Source: Antedon mediterranea (taxonomy: Eukaryota; Animalia; Echinodermata). From it: a stretch of DNA of 64,000 bases. The first letter of the stretch is position 1. Each line of letters begins with the position of its first letter. The stretch spans positions 9,786,201 to 9,850,200 of the forward strand of contig NC_092670.1 in the NCBI RefSeq assembly GCF_964355755.1. The letters run 5' to 3'. Below, in pieces: positions 15,171 through 28,100 of this stretch. A program made the translations under genes and the position numbers. The notes under the pieces were generated by a model that had not been told where the DNA came from, made no database searches, and saw only the letters and a list, made by a program, of their open reading frames with translations.

Positions 15171-15527
15171 ATATACGGCTTTACCACGTTGAAACACCGG
15201 TTCTCGTCAGATCACCGAAGTTAAGCAACGTTGGGCCTGGTTAGAGCTTGGATGGGAGACCATCTGGGAATAGCGGGTGCTGTATATGGAGCTGGGGTCC
15301 CGTTAGGCATTTGAAATCAGCACTGCTGACTCTTATGGCAGCCCCTGCATCTAGTATCTGCCTCAGACCTCTGGTCAAGGTGGGCACTGGACGAGAGAAG
15401 CCCTTGATCAATGTCAGGACCAATCAAGGTGCTTTAAACTCTCCTGGCTTTGTTTGTATCAAACCTGTTTAAGTGGCGGTAATTATCGCTGTTGGTTTCG
15501 ATTGAATAAAATAAAATAAAATAAAAT
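15171..15527 (+). mobile_element. 5S rRNA-derived SINE (SINE3-type)
   Basis: 15171-15287 is a near-complete 5S rRNA sequence (accacgttgaaacaccggttctcgtcagatcaccgaagttaagcaacg...ttggatgggagacc...gggtgctgta). No T-run terminator follows; a ~215-bp GC-richer body and a (TAAAA)n tail come next. Confidence 0.82.
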
Positions 15528-18341
15528 ATGAAAAAATACAACACAGTTTAATATCAAGAAGTAATAAAATACAGTAAAAATTGTATGAAATTCTTGGTAA
15601 ATTGTAGACCATTTCAATCAACACATTCTACTACAAATAGAAATGTGTTTATTAAATACAATATTGTGTATGCATGTGGCGGGGTGTTATTCCAAATAAT
15701 ATTATATAGGGGGAGGGCGGGGGTTGGTTAGGGGTTGTGTTTATTCAAAGCAGGGATATTTATTATTAATATAAAAAAATAAAGTGCATTGGTAACTAGA
15801 ATTTTTACTCTTAACAGCAACACTCAAATTTGTTTAAAAAGAAATATCGTTAAGTCGATTAATTAAAATTGAAAGATAAGACCATAATGGTCATTAATAA
15901 TTTATAAGATGACCTATCGAAGGATTATTGAATGCACCTATTTTTATAGTGCATTATAAAAAAGAATTTTGCATGGTCATATTTAGTATAAAATCATACA
16001 TAATTTATAAGAACACTGTCCTCTCAGTAACACCAGTGTTTAAGAATTTTGAATGCCTTATTGGTACAAATGTTAATTAAAGCCTTAAAAAATATGCATA
16101 AATTACCATAGACTTGTTCATGAAGGTTAAAATTAGCATAACCTTTTTCTTAAACCGTGCTGTTGAATTACCGCATATACCTGCTACTACCACCAAATTT
16201 TTAAGACAATTTGAACTCTAGAAAAGGATATATTCAATGAATAATTTATGAGTGTAAAAATAAATCATAAAATGAATTATTCATAAAGATCAAAACATTT
16301 CAAAATATCGGATAAATGGCAATATTTTAGGAAGTTAGTTTTAATATTGAAAAAACTTTTTAAGTAGATCATGCATTCCTGTACCTTAATAATTTGTTAT
16401 CGTTTTATAAAACGAAGTAACTATATATTATGCCTTGGCACGCGTGAATGTTGGCCCATCAAAACCTAAAAAACCCCATCCCTCTAGGCAATGGAATGGT
16501 GAGAAAAGGCGATGGTCAATAAAGAAGATGTTGAGAAAGAAAAAGTACCAATTGGTTAATTTCGAACACAAACCCTAGTCTAACACCATATCTGATGCCA
16601 TAACACATAAGTTTTTTTTTTCAAAGCCATAGCGCCCACTTCTTCTTCTTTTTATCGAATCCACTATTGTGGTGGTGTAATACTAGGCGCCCACTTTATA
16701 GGCGTAGATAATGTTTGGATTGTATTTACTCCTTGGGGCGTAGATGTAGCCACTTTGTTTATAAAATATTTTTTGGGCGATGACAAGGAAAATGATTTCC
16801 TACCTAAAAGTAAAAAAGTAGGCCTAAATAAAATCGCTAAATAAAAGAGATCTTAAACAATGTTTTGACCTTGTATACCATGTAGGGGGTTAGTGACTAA
16901 CATGCTTGACCGATCAACATTTCAAAATTATCTTTAAGAAATCAATTGCTTCCGAAAATAAATATGACAAATTGTAACAACAAACAAAATCAATAGTTTC
17001 CAAGTCTTTCATTATTAAGCAGAATTTAGGTTTAAAAATTTAAAATAATAGAATCAAGTCAAAGATTAGATAATCTTAACAACATAAAGTATAAACATAA
17101 TTTATTTTATAAATCATTGTGATAGGGATATGGTACCATATCAAATCAAATCAGTTTCTGACTTCTATTAAAAGATCTTGGCCTAAAAAACATCCTTCTA
17201 GCAAACCTTGTCCTCAAGATGATGGTTCAGGTTAGTAAAGCAAAAAAAACTCCCAAGAAATAAATAATCTTTTAAACAACTCCCAGTTCCTAATAACAGC
17301 CTGTCAAAGAAGTCGGTGCTGTCCAGAAAAAGATCAGGTCATCTCTAGATAATCTGTTTGAGACTACCATGTCTGTCTAGAGGACCAACGCATTATGTTG
17401 ACTGTGTTGCAAGAGACACTAACTGAATCAGGGGATGAACAAAGGATTATGATGGTGACGTGATGTCATTTACCTACCTAGCAGCCAAAAGCTTTGAAAC
17501 GGTAAAATATTAGAGACATAGAGTCGGAACAGTTTAACATAACAACATCAATGTACTTTCAGGAGAACCACCAAGGCCGGATCATGCAGTCCACATATAA
17601 GTTGTAACATAAAAAAAGTATACAACGTATTAACATGTTATATGAAATGAACTCAGCTGTCAAACTTTTAATGATCGTTTTCTGTCAACAATCGGTTTAC
17701 TTTTGAGGTTAGTTACTATCGGATGAGTTTAGTACATACATCAACAATAAGCCACATTATTATCAGGCTTACCTGTTTCCTGTTCCATAATCATCTAGTT
17801 TTGCTCATCGCGGTTTTGTTGTAAACACATCCTTCTTCCTGTGCCATCCTCTTAAGCTCTGTCTACCCTATCAAACTTTATGTGACAAAAAAATGTGACG
17901 TGTTCAAATATGGTAGTGATATTCCCAAATATGGTAGTGATATGACATCATCATGTCCATATATAGGCAAATCACATTTTTTTGATCATGCTGCAGACTA
18001 ACAATCATCACATTTAATATTTTTGGAAATAATCATAAAGAATGTTTATAAATTAAATAAGGAGAAAATTTCATGAATTGAAAAAAAAACCATAATAATT
18101 GTTTCTTTGTAAATATGTCTACTGTTATAAATTAAACTTTTATTTAATTATTCTGGTTCTTCCATCTTAAATTAAATTAATCAATGTCGAGGCAGAAGTC
18201 TGTGCCATTTAATAAAAGAAGCAGCGCTTGGATTTTTCACTGCAGAATAGAACAGTTGTGTATATGCTACAAGTTGGGTTTTCAAACAGCATTCACCAGT
18301 TGCATTGCACCAAATTCTCTAATCGCTAATACGAAAAGCTT

Positions 18342-18780
18342 AACATGAAATAGAAGCATTTATTAGAAATGTTACCATGTAATAGTACAAACAGCTAAAC
18401 ATGCAAGAGAAGCATTTAATAGAAATTTTACCATGTAATAGTACAAACAGCTGAACATGCAATAGAAGTATTTGATGGAAATGTTACCATGTAATAGTAC
18501 AAACAGCTAAACATGCAAGAGAAGCATTTAATAGAAATTTTACCATGTAATAATACAAACAGCTAAACATGCAATAGAAGCATTTAATAGAAATTTTACC
18601 ATGTAATAGTACAAACAGCTTAACATGCAAGAGAAGCATTTAATAGAAATTTTACCATGTTATAGTACAAACAGCTGAACATGCAATAGAAGTATTTGAT
18701 GGAAATGTTACCGTGTAATACAGTAGTACAAACAGCTGAACATGCAATACAAGTATTTGATAGAAATTTTACTTTGTAAT
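18342..18780. repeat. Minisatellite, ~56-bp unit, ~7-8 copies
   Basis: Recurring agaagcatttaatagaaattttaccatgtaatagtacaaacagctaaacatgca. Confidence 0.95.
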
Positions 18781-20799
18781 AAAGAAATAAGTCTGAGTAG
18801 CACATGATACAGAATGAACCAATCGAATACACCTAGGTGTGTTATGTTATTGTTGCTATAACAATACATTGACATTTAATAGTTAATCTACAATGGATTT
18901 CTCATTACTGTAAACAAAACAATTTCTTAAATGTCAAATGAATATGTTCAACTATATGTATGTATGTAGAACACTAAACCACGGTGATAAAACTATAATA
19001 TTGACATTTGTAGTACATCGATGATAATTAATTATATTTTGAATTTTTTTTGGCATTTCATTCCCAAGCGAGGTCAGTCTTAATATCAGGCTAATTTTCA
19101 ATCAATCAATCAACGGTTACAAATTATTGCATATACTTGCAAAATTTGTTTTTTGCATATAATAAGAAAAAATCAGATAAAAATTGATGATAGTGTTGCA
19201 TACTCTTCCATCTAAAAAAAAATGATGTGGTTTAATGTGGAGATGCTCCTACTCACGGACTGTCCCATGTAATGGAAAGTCAACTTTCACCCATACGATG
19301 ATAATGACGAGAGAATAGAACATTTCAATTTTTTACCAAATGAAAATATTTGTTCCATGATACAGATATAAAACCATTATTTGTAACATCTAAAGTAATT
19401 TTTTATCATTTGATTGGACAGTTGCGAATGAACATGCATAAATACACATTTGTACTTGCATAAATTGAAAAATGCACTATTGATAACATGGCTTCAATAG
19501 AATATTTATTGAATATCATGTGACCCACTCTAATCAAATGACAAAGATGTTAAAGACTGGTCAGTCCCTATCTTGCTTAATAATTCTCCTCTAATTCAAT
19601 TTTCCAACATTCTTCTTCACTAGATCTTTTCATAATAATCAACTACATACTGTAGATCCTTCTATATTTAGCTAAGTTTACAGTTGTTTATTTTTGCTAA
19701 TTAATTTTGCACTATCAGATAAAGAAGTAAAATAAATTAATTAGTAAAGCTGTCGGCTTGGTTACGCCTACAACCAATCATAGACCAAATGATTAATGCT
19801 TTTATAAAGGTTATAGATGAAAGGTTACCTAAGTGAGTACATACTTAGTGTGAGTATTGGCGATTGCTTTTAATTGAAGCCCAGGCTTGTGTTGTTTACA
19901 TTATCAATGTTATTAGCAATAACACCATTGTAAGCAATTAAATGGTAAATCTTATTGACTTTATCAGATTTCACCTGATTCATCAAACTCCTTAAAATTG
20001 ATGTGGTTTTAGCTTTAGATTCAACATTGATTCTTACTTTTAAAATTAGAAAAGAAAAAGTTAATAATAAAGTAACAAGAAATATTTCTTACAAAAAAAC
20101 TCCGCTTGACATTTTAACATTAATCACACAAATACATAAAAATCAGAGATAGTTCTTTAATTATGAATCACATGCCCATTTTTTCACTAGTTAATTGTAT
20201 ACACAGCATTTGAAAGAAGACATGTGTACCTTTCCAACAATGTATTATTTGCCAACAAATACTAATCTACTAATTCAAAAATGCCATTTAATAATGGTCA
20301 ATTTTGAACTTCAATGTGCTGTAACCTGTACTGTAGGCATGCAACTAAATACCCTCTAGAGACAACGTGACTTCACAGTGGTACAAGAGAAAATTCTTCC
20401 ACAATCTGTTGATTCGCGTCAGCCATTCAAAGGGCGAGAATCCAAAATCGTTCAACCGTGTGCCCTCATAGACTCTCTTTTCCCAGACATTTTTTGGGTC
20501 CAGCAGCTGGGAACTATAGTCGAGTATACAAATTCGCCAAACTGTCAGCCTTTAGATACAAAAGCTACCGCTATGAAACAGCTTATCAATGAATATGTCC
20601 TCCTGGGACATAGCTGGCCAGAGCCGCGGCGCGAAAATGTAAATGCAAATTGATATTTTAGGATATTGTAGGTTGGTTTGTGCAAGTTGCTACTACTATT
20701 GTTAATTTCCTGGTGCAATCTTTTTCTCTTTTTGTTTTGTATGATTTGTATAATGTACTGTACTATCCTAAATAAAGGAAATGAATGAATGATGAATGA

Positions 20800-21092
20800 A
20801 TAATTCTCGGACAAAAATATGCATCCTATGATCAAGCAATTAAACTACTTAATCTTAAATTTTTAGATCAAAGAAGAGAAGATATTCTTCTTGATTTTGC
20901 TAAAAATCTTAACAAAATCGTCCCTAACGCACTTCCTAAATTGGGCGAAACGTGTGGCAGGATACTTAGGAATGCTAAGAAGCAAAGTGAAATATATGGC
21001 AATACTAAAAGATTCAACAACTCATGTTTCCCAGCACTGTGTAGACTAATTAATAAACCAAAATAAACACAACAATAATAATAATAATAAGT
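20800..21092 (+). mobile_element. 5'-truncated non-LTR retrotransposon (CR1/L2/Rex1-group) 3' end
   Basis: Uninterrupted frame 20800-21066: IILGQKYASYDQAIKLLNLKFLDQRREDILLDFAK...LRNAKK...NTKRFNNSCFPALCRLINKPK*. This resembles a LINE ORF2 C-terminus and is followed by an (AAT)n tail. Confidence 0.75.
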
Positions 21093-21990
21093 AATAAGTA
21101 CTTTCATCAGTTTCTTCCATGTGTAATATCTCCTTTTTTTAAATTTTTTCTTTTTAACTTTTTAATGTTGTAAATTTTGATGTTTGAAAGCTTGTACCAA
21201 TTTTATATGTAAATCTCTCGCAATTCAGTTTTATTTTATATATACTGCAAAGAGAAATATTGAATAAAAGCAGAATGAATGAATGAATTAAAGGACAATT
21301 TACAGAATAGAACTTTCTTACAAAATTGCGTGTCAAAGTTCAGTATTACGTAAATTTATGTGATTTTACAAATAAACAGATTGTTGCTCGGCACGTTGAT
21401 TCTTACAAATTTAAAAGCAAAGTAATCAATGTATTATTACTATTAGCAGTGTCATGTGCTACAAGACTTTTTTCTTATGGTGTACATACACTTAGTGTTA
21501 ATGACATTTTCTAGACATTTAAACAAGTGTAATTTGAAATTAACTGAAATTATCTTATTCTATCATGACAGGTGTAAGTATAATACTAAAAATTGAATAT
21601 TGTGTGGTTGAGCTGGTCAATTTCAACTCTTTGCCAAAAAATATCCGAGTTGACTGTATGAATTGAAAATTCAGATTAATTAATTTTTGTTTAGTTTCTG
21701 AATTTTCATAGTAAATAATAAATTATGAATAATTCATTTTCTTTGATGTTTATTCATAACTACCTACATACTTTCTTATTATAAATGTCTATGTTTTCAG
21801 TACAGTTTTTACTGTGTTTGTTTGCTTAAATTTCTAAATGTTCATAATTTATGGCTGATTCATGATTAATTTCAGAATGTTTATAGTTTATTTTATATTA
21901 TTTATAGTATATAGTTTTATGAATAATTCATGCCTAATTCATAAATATTCATAATTTATTTATTCATAATTTGTTTATTCATAATTTCAG

Positions 21991-22167
21991 GTGCTATGTT
22001 CCAGTGTAGCATTCTAGTTGCTCCAGTCAAGAAAGAGAATGATGAGGTTATCATGTACATAATAAATTATGAAGATCTAGGAGCATCTTCAGCAGCAAAC
22101 ACTGAAGTTACAGAAGAGCACAATGGTAGCCAATCAGGAATGGGCTATCGATTTAGGCGCAATAGAC
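21991..22167 (+). CDS. KCNH2: Erg exon encoding the PAC part of the eag (PAS) domain
   Basis: tttcag|GTGCT...AATAGAC|gtaagt, 177 nt, phase 1-1. Translates as [31 protein letters not shown]..., resembling hERG [28 protein letters not shown]. Not in the ORF track. Confidence 0.9.
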
Positions 22168-25100
22168 GTAAGTAAACCAATCATCTTCTTGGAATTTGAA
22201 TTGAAAAATGTGATCACTAAAGTAAATTCAAGTACTTTAACATAAGCACCTTTTAAATAGTTACAAAGTAGAACCCCTGTTCAGGGGACATCTTCATGAC
22301 CAATAATAGAAAGTGTCTTCTGAATATTAATCCCAAACGAAGGGTTCTTTCTTCTATATCTTACTATTCTACTATTTTTTACCTTGTACAGACAGGTGAC
22401 TTTTACTTCTGTATGTAAATATTACATCCATATGTAAATGAGATAATTATAATAATAATTTTTTTGAAATTTTTTTTATATCTTTATTTTTAATAACGAA
22501 CTTAATGCTACAGCACCTTTATTGTTGATAACTTTGACATTCTAACTTGATATGCATGACTGAACAAGCAGTTTCAATTGAATACATTACCAAGGGTGCA
22601 TGATGAAATACAAAAATTATAATTAACTTATATAATAAATTAATATATACATTTAATATGCATGATTGTTTAAATAAAACTTAATACATAACAATATTTG
22701 GGTTAACTATGCAAATAAGATAAGAATTTTATAAATTAAATTATGTGAACAAGCGGATTATATTTTAATAACTGTTTACAATATTTTTTTTTTTTTTTTT
22801 TTTTTTAAATTTTAAGTTGATTCTGTAATCTTTATTTTTATGAATTATTGTTGTATGTTGTTTTCACAGCATCTATTTTTGATAATTTTTATTTATTTTT
22901 CTAATTTTCTTTATTTTAGATTCTGTATTAAAGTTTATGTAAATAAAAGCATTGATTTAATTGAAATAGATGCTGTGATTTTTCATTAATTGGCAGCCAT
23001 GATTTTATTTTGATTTAAAAAAAATTAATATTATTTGATATTATTTCCATCTCTGTTCTATTTTAAATGTTTTGTTTATCTCGCTCAGGCCACTATTTTA
23101 TTTTACTGAATGATATTGTTTTCATTTATCTCTACTAGTGCCTGTTATTTTAAGTGGTTTCGTTAGTCTGTTTTATTTTATCAACAATTTATGATTTGAA
23201 TTGTTATGTCAGCCTCTCATTTATTTTAAGTTGATACAAAAAGCTAGTTTCCCATGCAATGCATGCACGTACATGCAATACAAATAAATAATTTAACCAA
23301 TCACAGGCATCTTAGTTTTGACATCTTAGTTACTAGACCACCAGCTTCATTTTTTTTAAGATTCACTATTCATTGACTATTTCACAAGCCCACTTTATTG
23401 GTTAATTCTGATTGCATTGCCACAATTAATGAGCTGCCGGGTTATGTCCCATTGAACAGTATTTGACATAGTCAGTTTTTCCAAATTTAAACGATCAACG
23501 ACCTACCTGTACTAGGTACACTACCCGGGCTTAAGACATTGGGTTGACTAGTCTAATGCCATTTTTTACTGGATTTTTGTGCGTCAGACTAGCGAAATAT
23601 CGAATCCTGCAACGATACCAAACCCTTGCTTGTGATTGGTCATGTCCTTCTTGCATTGCGTCCTAGTGGGATAACATCCACTTGATCTTTCCTTTTATCA
23701 CAATCTTTAAATTAAAATAACACTGCAAGTTCAGTTGTGTTTAAAATCTACCTCTGTTTATCAATTCCTATAAAAGTCAAAAGGGACTGTGTGTAAAAGC
23801 TTTTTATAGTAAACACAGTGGATAGGTTAAGGTTATTAATTGCCAATTACAATATATCAATATGTTCTCCTAAGAAATATGGGATGTAAGGTAAGGTTGA
23901 ACATATTTGGATGGAAGTAACCTTTGCCTTACATTTGTACCCATCATACAAGTTGGTATTAGCCCAAGTTACTGTACAACCTAATTACTGTAGAAAGACA
24001 TTTAAAAGAAAAACGTGCGATACATGGTATATATCACAGCAATCAGGGGTACACTTCAGTTTAAGAAATTAAGATATTTTAATATTTTAGAAACCATTGC
24101 CTTGAGGCTCTAAAAGATGGAACATACTTTGAAAACAATATTTCTTTCTCCATGACAGTTCCTCTATCATCTAGTACTACCTAAGTTGCTTGTTTCTATA
24201 TATTTGGTTTGTTTTCATGCATTTTGTAACTAATATCATCTGCCATTTTCATCAGTTGTTATTATGCCATTGTACCGTATTGGTTTCAAAGAATTTTCCA
24301 TCATTTATCATATGAAAAGCAGAAAAAAAAAACTTTTTTCACATTACATTGCAACGTTTGCTTTCAATTTGTATCAGTTTGTGATGTAGATTAGTATAAA
24401 CTAAAACTTTCTTTTTCAAACATTTCTAATCTTCGTAAAACTTTGTGTTTGATTGGAGTGAATGTTTGCAGTAGTGGTAGTACCACCATTGTGAAGAATG
24501 ATTGGAAGAAATCAATGGATTAATCTTGAAGGAAAGATTCTTCCAGAATGTTGTGTTGCATGGAACCTTTTATAGTGTTTGTGAACAGAAAACATTACTA
24601 CTGCTGCTTGATTCTTTTTATAGAGAACAGTAGGTTAGATATCGCCACCATAGACACCATTTGTGATTGACAGCTAACTGTTTTGATAGTGTGAGGTATT
24701 GGTAATTAGACTGGTAGTGTTACTGTTATATACTAATACGATTTCTTGCATGTTCAAGATTTCACTACTGTTGCATGGTAAAATTGTATACTGATTTATA
24801 TTTAAATTTATAAAAAATGTTTTGGTCTTGGATTTATACTGGCCAATATTTAAAAATGAATATTTATATTTAAATTTATAAAAAATGTTTTGGTCTTGGA
24901 TTTATACTGGCCAATATTTAAAAATGATTATTTCACTTACACTTACACTTACACTTACACTTACACTTAATGTTTGATGGAAATAGTTTAGGCTAGTGCC
25001 TATTAGATTCCATAAAAATGTAAAAGAGCAAAGTGAAGTAAATATTAATTAGGCCAAATAAAAAAATATACTTGTTAAGCGTCACACCCTCATAAATTTT

Positions 25101-28100
25101 CAGGGGCGGGGGGACGGTTTTTTTTTTTTTTTTTACTTTTTATAGAGGTATATTTTTTGCGCGGTGGACGTTTTGCCCCACTTTTTTGGGACGAAACGTC
25201 AAACTTTTAAAATGCGAAACAGAACAAAATTGACTATGTATGAAATATTATTGCTTATGACAAAATTGAGTTTTGTATTGTTTATATCCAGACGTAATTA
25301 AAACATTAAATTTAATTGCCACCAAGCGAAATTGTAGGCCTTAGGCTAACTAATCCGTCCAAGGTGCTACCCCAACCTCACTCATCGGCCATCCGCCGTC
25401 TCTCGCTCGACTCATCTATCCAGGAAATTCCCTATCGCGAGAAGCATGATTTGGTCTCAATAATACTAAATAGTGGGCTGATTTATAGTTTGAAAACAGC
25501 TTACGGCATTTCTTAAGTGAATTTTTATTCAACGTATTCATTCTTCTTTGATGAATCCTTTGCCAATTGCTGTGTAAATCAGTATTTAAAGTTGTGATGC
25601 AAAAAGTGTATGTAATTATTCCAGGCAGGTAAACCAGGCATAAGGAAACCCATCGCCCAACAGAACCTCGTGGTGTGCCGATCTCGAGCGCGAGATCATC
25701 GTAAACAAAATTGGTAGAGTCCATTATGTATGGGGTGTTTCCTATTTACGAACCTATAAAAAAACGCGCTTCGACCACTGTGTAGGCAAAATATTTATTT
25801 CGTTAAATCCCTAAATTGATAATCGCGTATTCTGTAATCACGTGACTGATGATGTAATCCTCAGTGACGTACTAAATGCACATGATTTAATGTGTTGGGG
25901 AAAAAGCTTGCTGTTTACCACATTACATGATTCACGGTGCTATTCGCGTTTCCTTTACGTAAATCAGCGGCGTGTAAATGAAACAATTGTTTTCACCAAT
26001 TTGCCGTTGTCGACATAGAGCGATCGGCGGCTAGCGTTGTCTAAGCTAAAAAGTATGTATTTTTTCAAAAATTACACTAGCCTAACAAACATTTGCTAGT
26101 TTTGAAATTTTCAAATAGCAATTATAAAGAATCTACTAGCAAAATGCTAGTTTGCTAGCGTGAATTTCGAGCCCTACTCTGGAGCTGGGTCGGGCCGCTG
26201 AACTTTCCGTTGTATATCGGTAAAAAAAAAAAATAAATAAAAAGAGAGGCGGCTGGATAATCAGGAGCGGGCGGTGACGCTTAACAAGTATGTTTTTTTA
26301 TTTGGCCTTATTTTGTATTTTTTGATTTTCTTTTTTTAAACCATCAAAATTGAGATTAATTTATTGTAATTCTTTCCATATTATGATTTTAAATGATCTT
26401 TTACCATCTAAAGTTTTTTATTCCTCTTACTGTACTTTGATTATAATAAAAGAAATGTTTTAATTAATTCTTCGCATATTGTACACAAAATATGGAACAT
26501 AAATGTTTCATGCCTATGGCATAAGTAAAAAATTATTTTCGAAAAATTATTTTGTTTGATAGCAAAACATTTTTTGGTCTAATTAGTACTGTAGTAATAT
26601 AGTGGTAATACTGGTAAATATAGAAACTAAAAATAATCATATCAACCTGTATGATGATAATGAATCCAAATATTCAAATTAGTTTTATATGCTTTAACTT
26701 CTCATTCTTGTGGTTACTAACTAATTTCAAATCCCAATTGCTTTCTTTTTTTTATTGTCTAAATCTTTTTGATTATTATTAAAGATCATGTCAAAATTAT
26801 TCTTATTGTACTGCAGTACTTACATTTTACTGCACTAATACTGGTTTGTTTCAGTGTAAATGTTTTGAATGAGGAAACATTCCCAATTAAATGTTTTGTG
26901 TAGATTATATAAAAAAATATGCTAAATAATTGCAAAAACAGGTAAAATGTAGTAACTGCAACAGAATAATTTTGACATCATCCATTAATTATTCATTCAC
27001 ATTTCTATGTTCCTCCCGCTACTGTGTGTTGCCTCATTTTGATCAATGTGAATTACAGGATCAAAACAGTTGAAGAGAATTCCAACCCAAAGGATCTTTG
27101 ACGATAGTGCTACAGGTAGTTGACAAATGGCAAAAGTTCATCTTTCTTTTTATTCATGCACTTTTCTTTGCACATTGTGTCAATTTTGTGTTTTTATTGT
27201 AAGTTGTTGATGTCTGAATTTCATTGTGTATTTCTCAGATTTTGTTTTCTTTCAAAAAATGTTAATATTGAATTTAGACTTAACTTTAGAAGTAGTATAA
27301 TAGAAGTTGTGATGTGTTTTTAAAGAAGGTCAAATCATCTCTGTTTATTAGACTTGAAAAATTGTATTTGTTATAAAACACTTCATTAACAATTTTGCAA
27401 AATGTGTTATATGACTGAAAATTTGAAATTCCTGAAACAAGAAATCTTAAACACATGTGCTGTCATGACATTGGATGGAGTGTTCTTTTAATAATGTAAT
27501 ACAAAGACTGGATTGCATTTTCCATGCCATGAAAAACCAAAATTGTGAATTAAATAAAGATCTTTGCATGCCTTACAAATTATTCAGTAACCTCTGTAAA
27601 CTTTCACCAAAAAGCAGCTATGAAAGACATCTTCAAAATTTGGAAGCATCCTTCCAAAGTTATCCTTATATATTTTTTTTTGTTTTGGTGATTTACTGTA
27701 GTTTTCAAGTCTAAACTGACAAAGATTTATGCCTTATTTTACAATAGTAGATGAGAAACTGTATGCAAATTTCTTGTGTTACCTTTATAAAAAAACTGTA
27801 ACAAAAGTATGGTGCTAATGATCATACTGACACTGGAATTGAATTGACCTTATTGCAAGTCCCTTTCCTTTTTTATGAAAATTCCTTTCCATTTCCAAGT
27901 AAAAATGAGATTTGATTCATTAGACAAAGTGAGTGCGTGCATAAAATTGTGTGACACAAAATAATTTGCATATTTGCTTAATTTGCATAGTTTGTAAAGC
28001 AGGCTAGAGTACTTTTAATACAATAGTCGTGTTTGTCTGATAGATCTATGTTTTGTTAAAGTGATTTGATTCTAAAATCTATTTTTTATCTTTTATTTAA

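Noticed and set aside
15171-15287. Functional 5S rRNA gene
   Set aside because: Single copy with several substitutions and no oligo-T terminator; it continues into a body and an A-rich tail.
15708-15735. G-quadruplex-like G-runs
   Set aside because: Lies within a decayed repeat context and has no supporting evidence of function.
1-21990. Erg exons 1-2 (PAS-cap MPVRRGH-like and PAS core)
   Set aside because: Not found by manual reading; presumed upstream of the window, though a missed divergent exon cannot be excluded.
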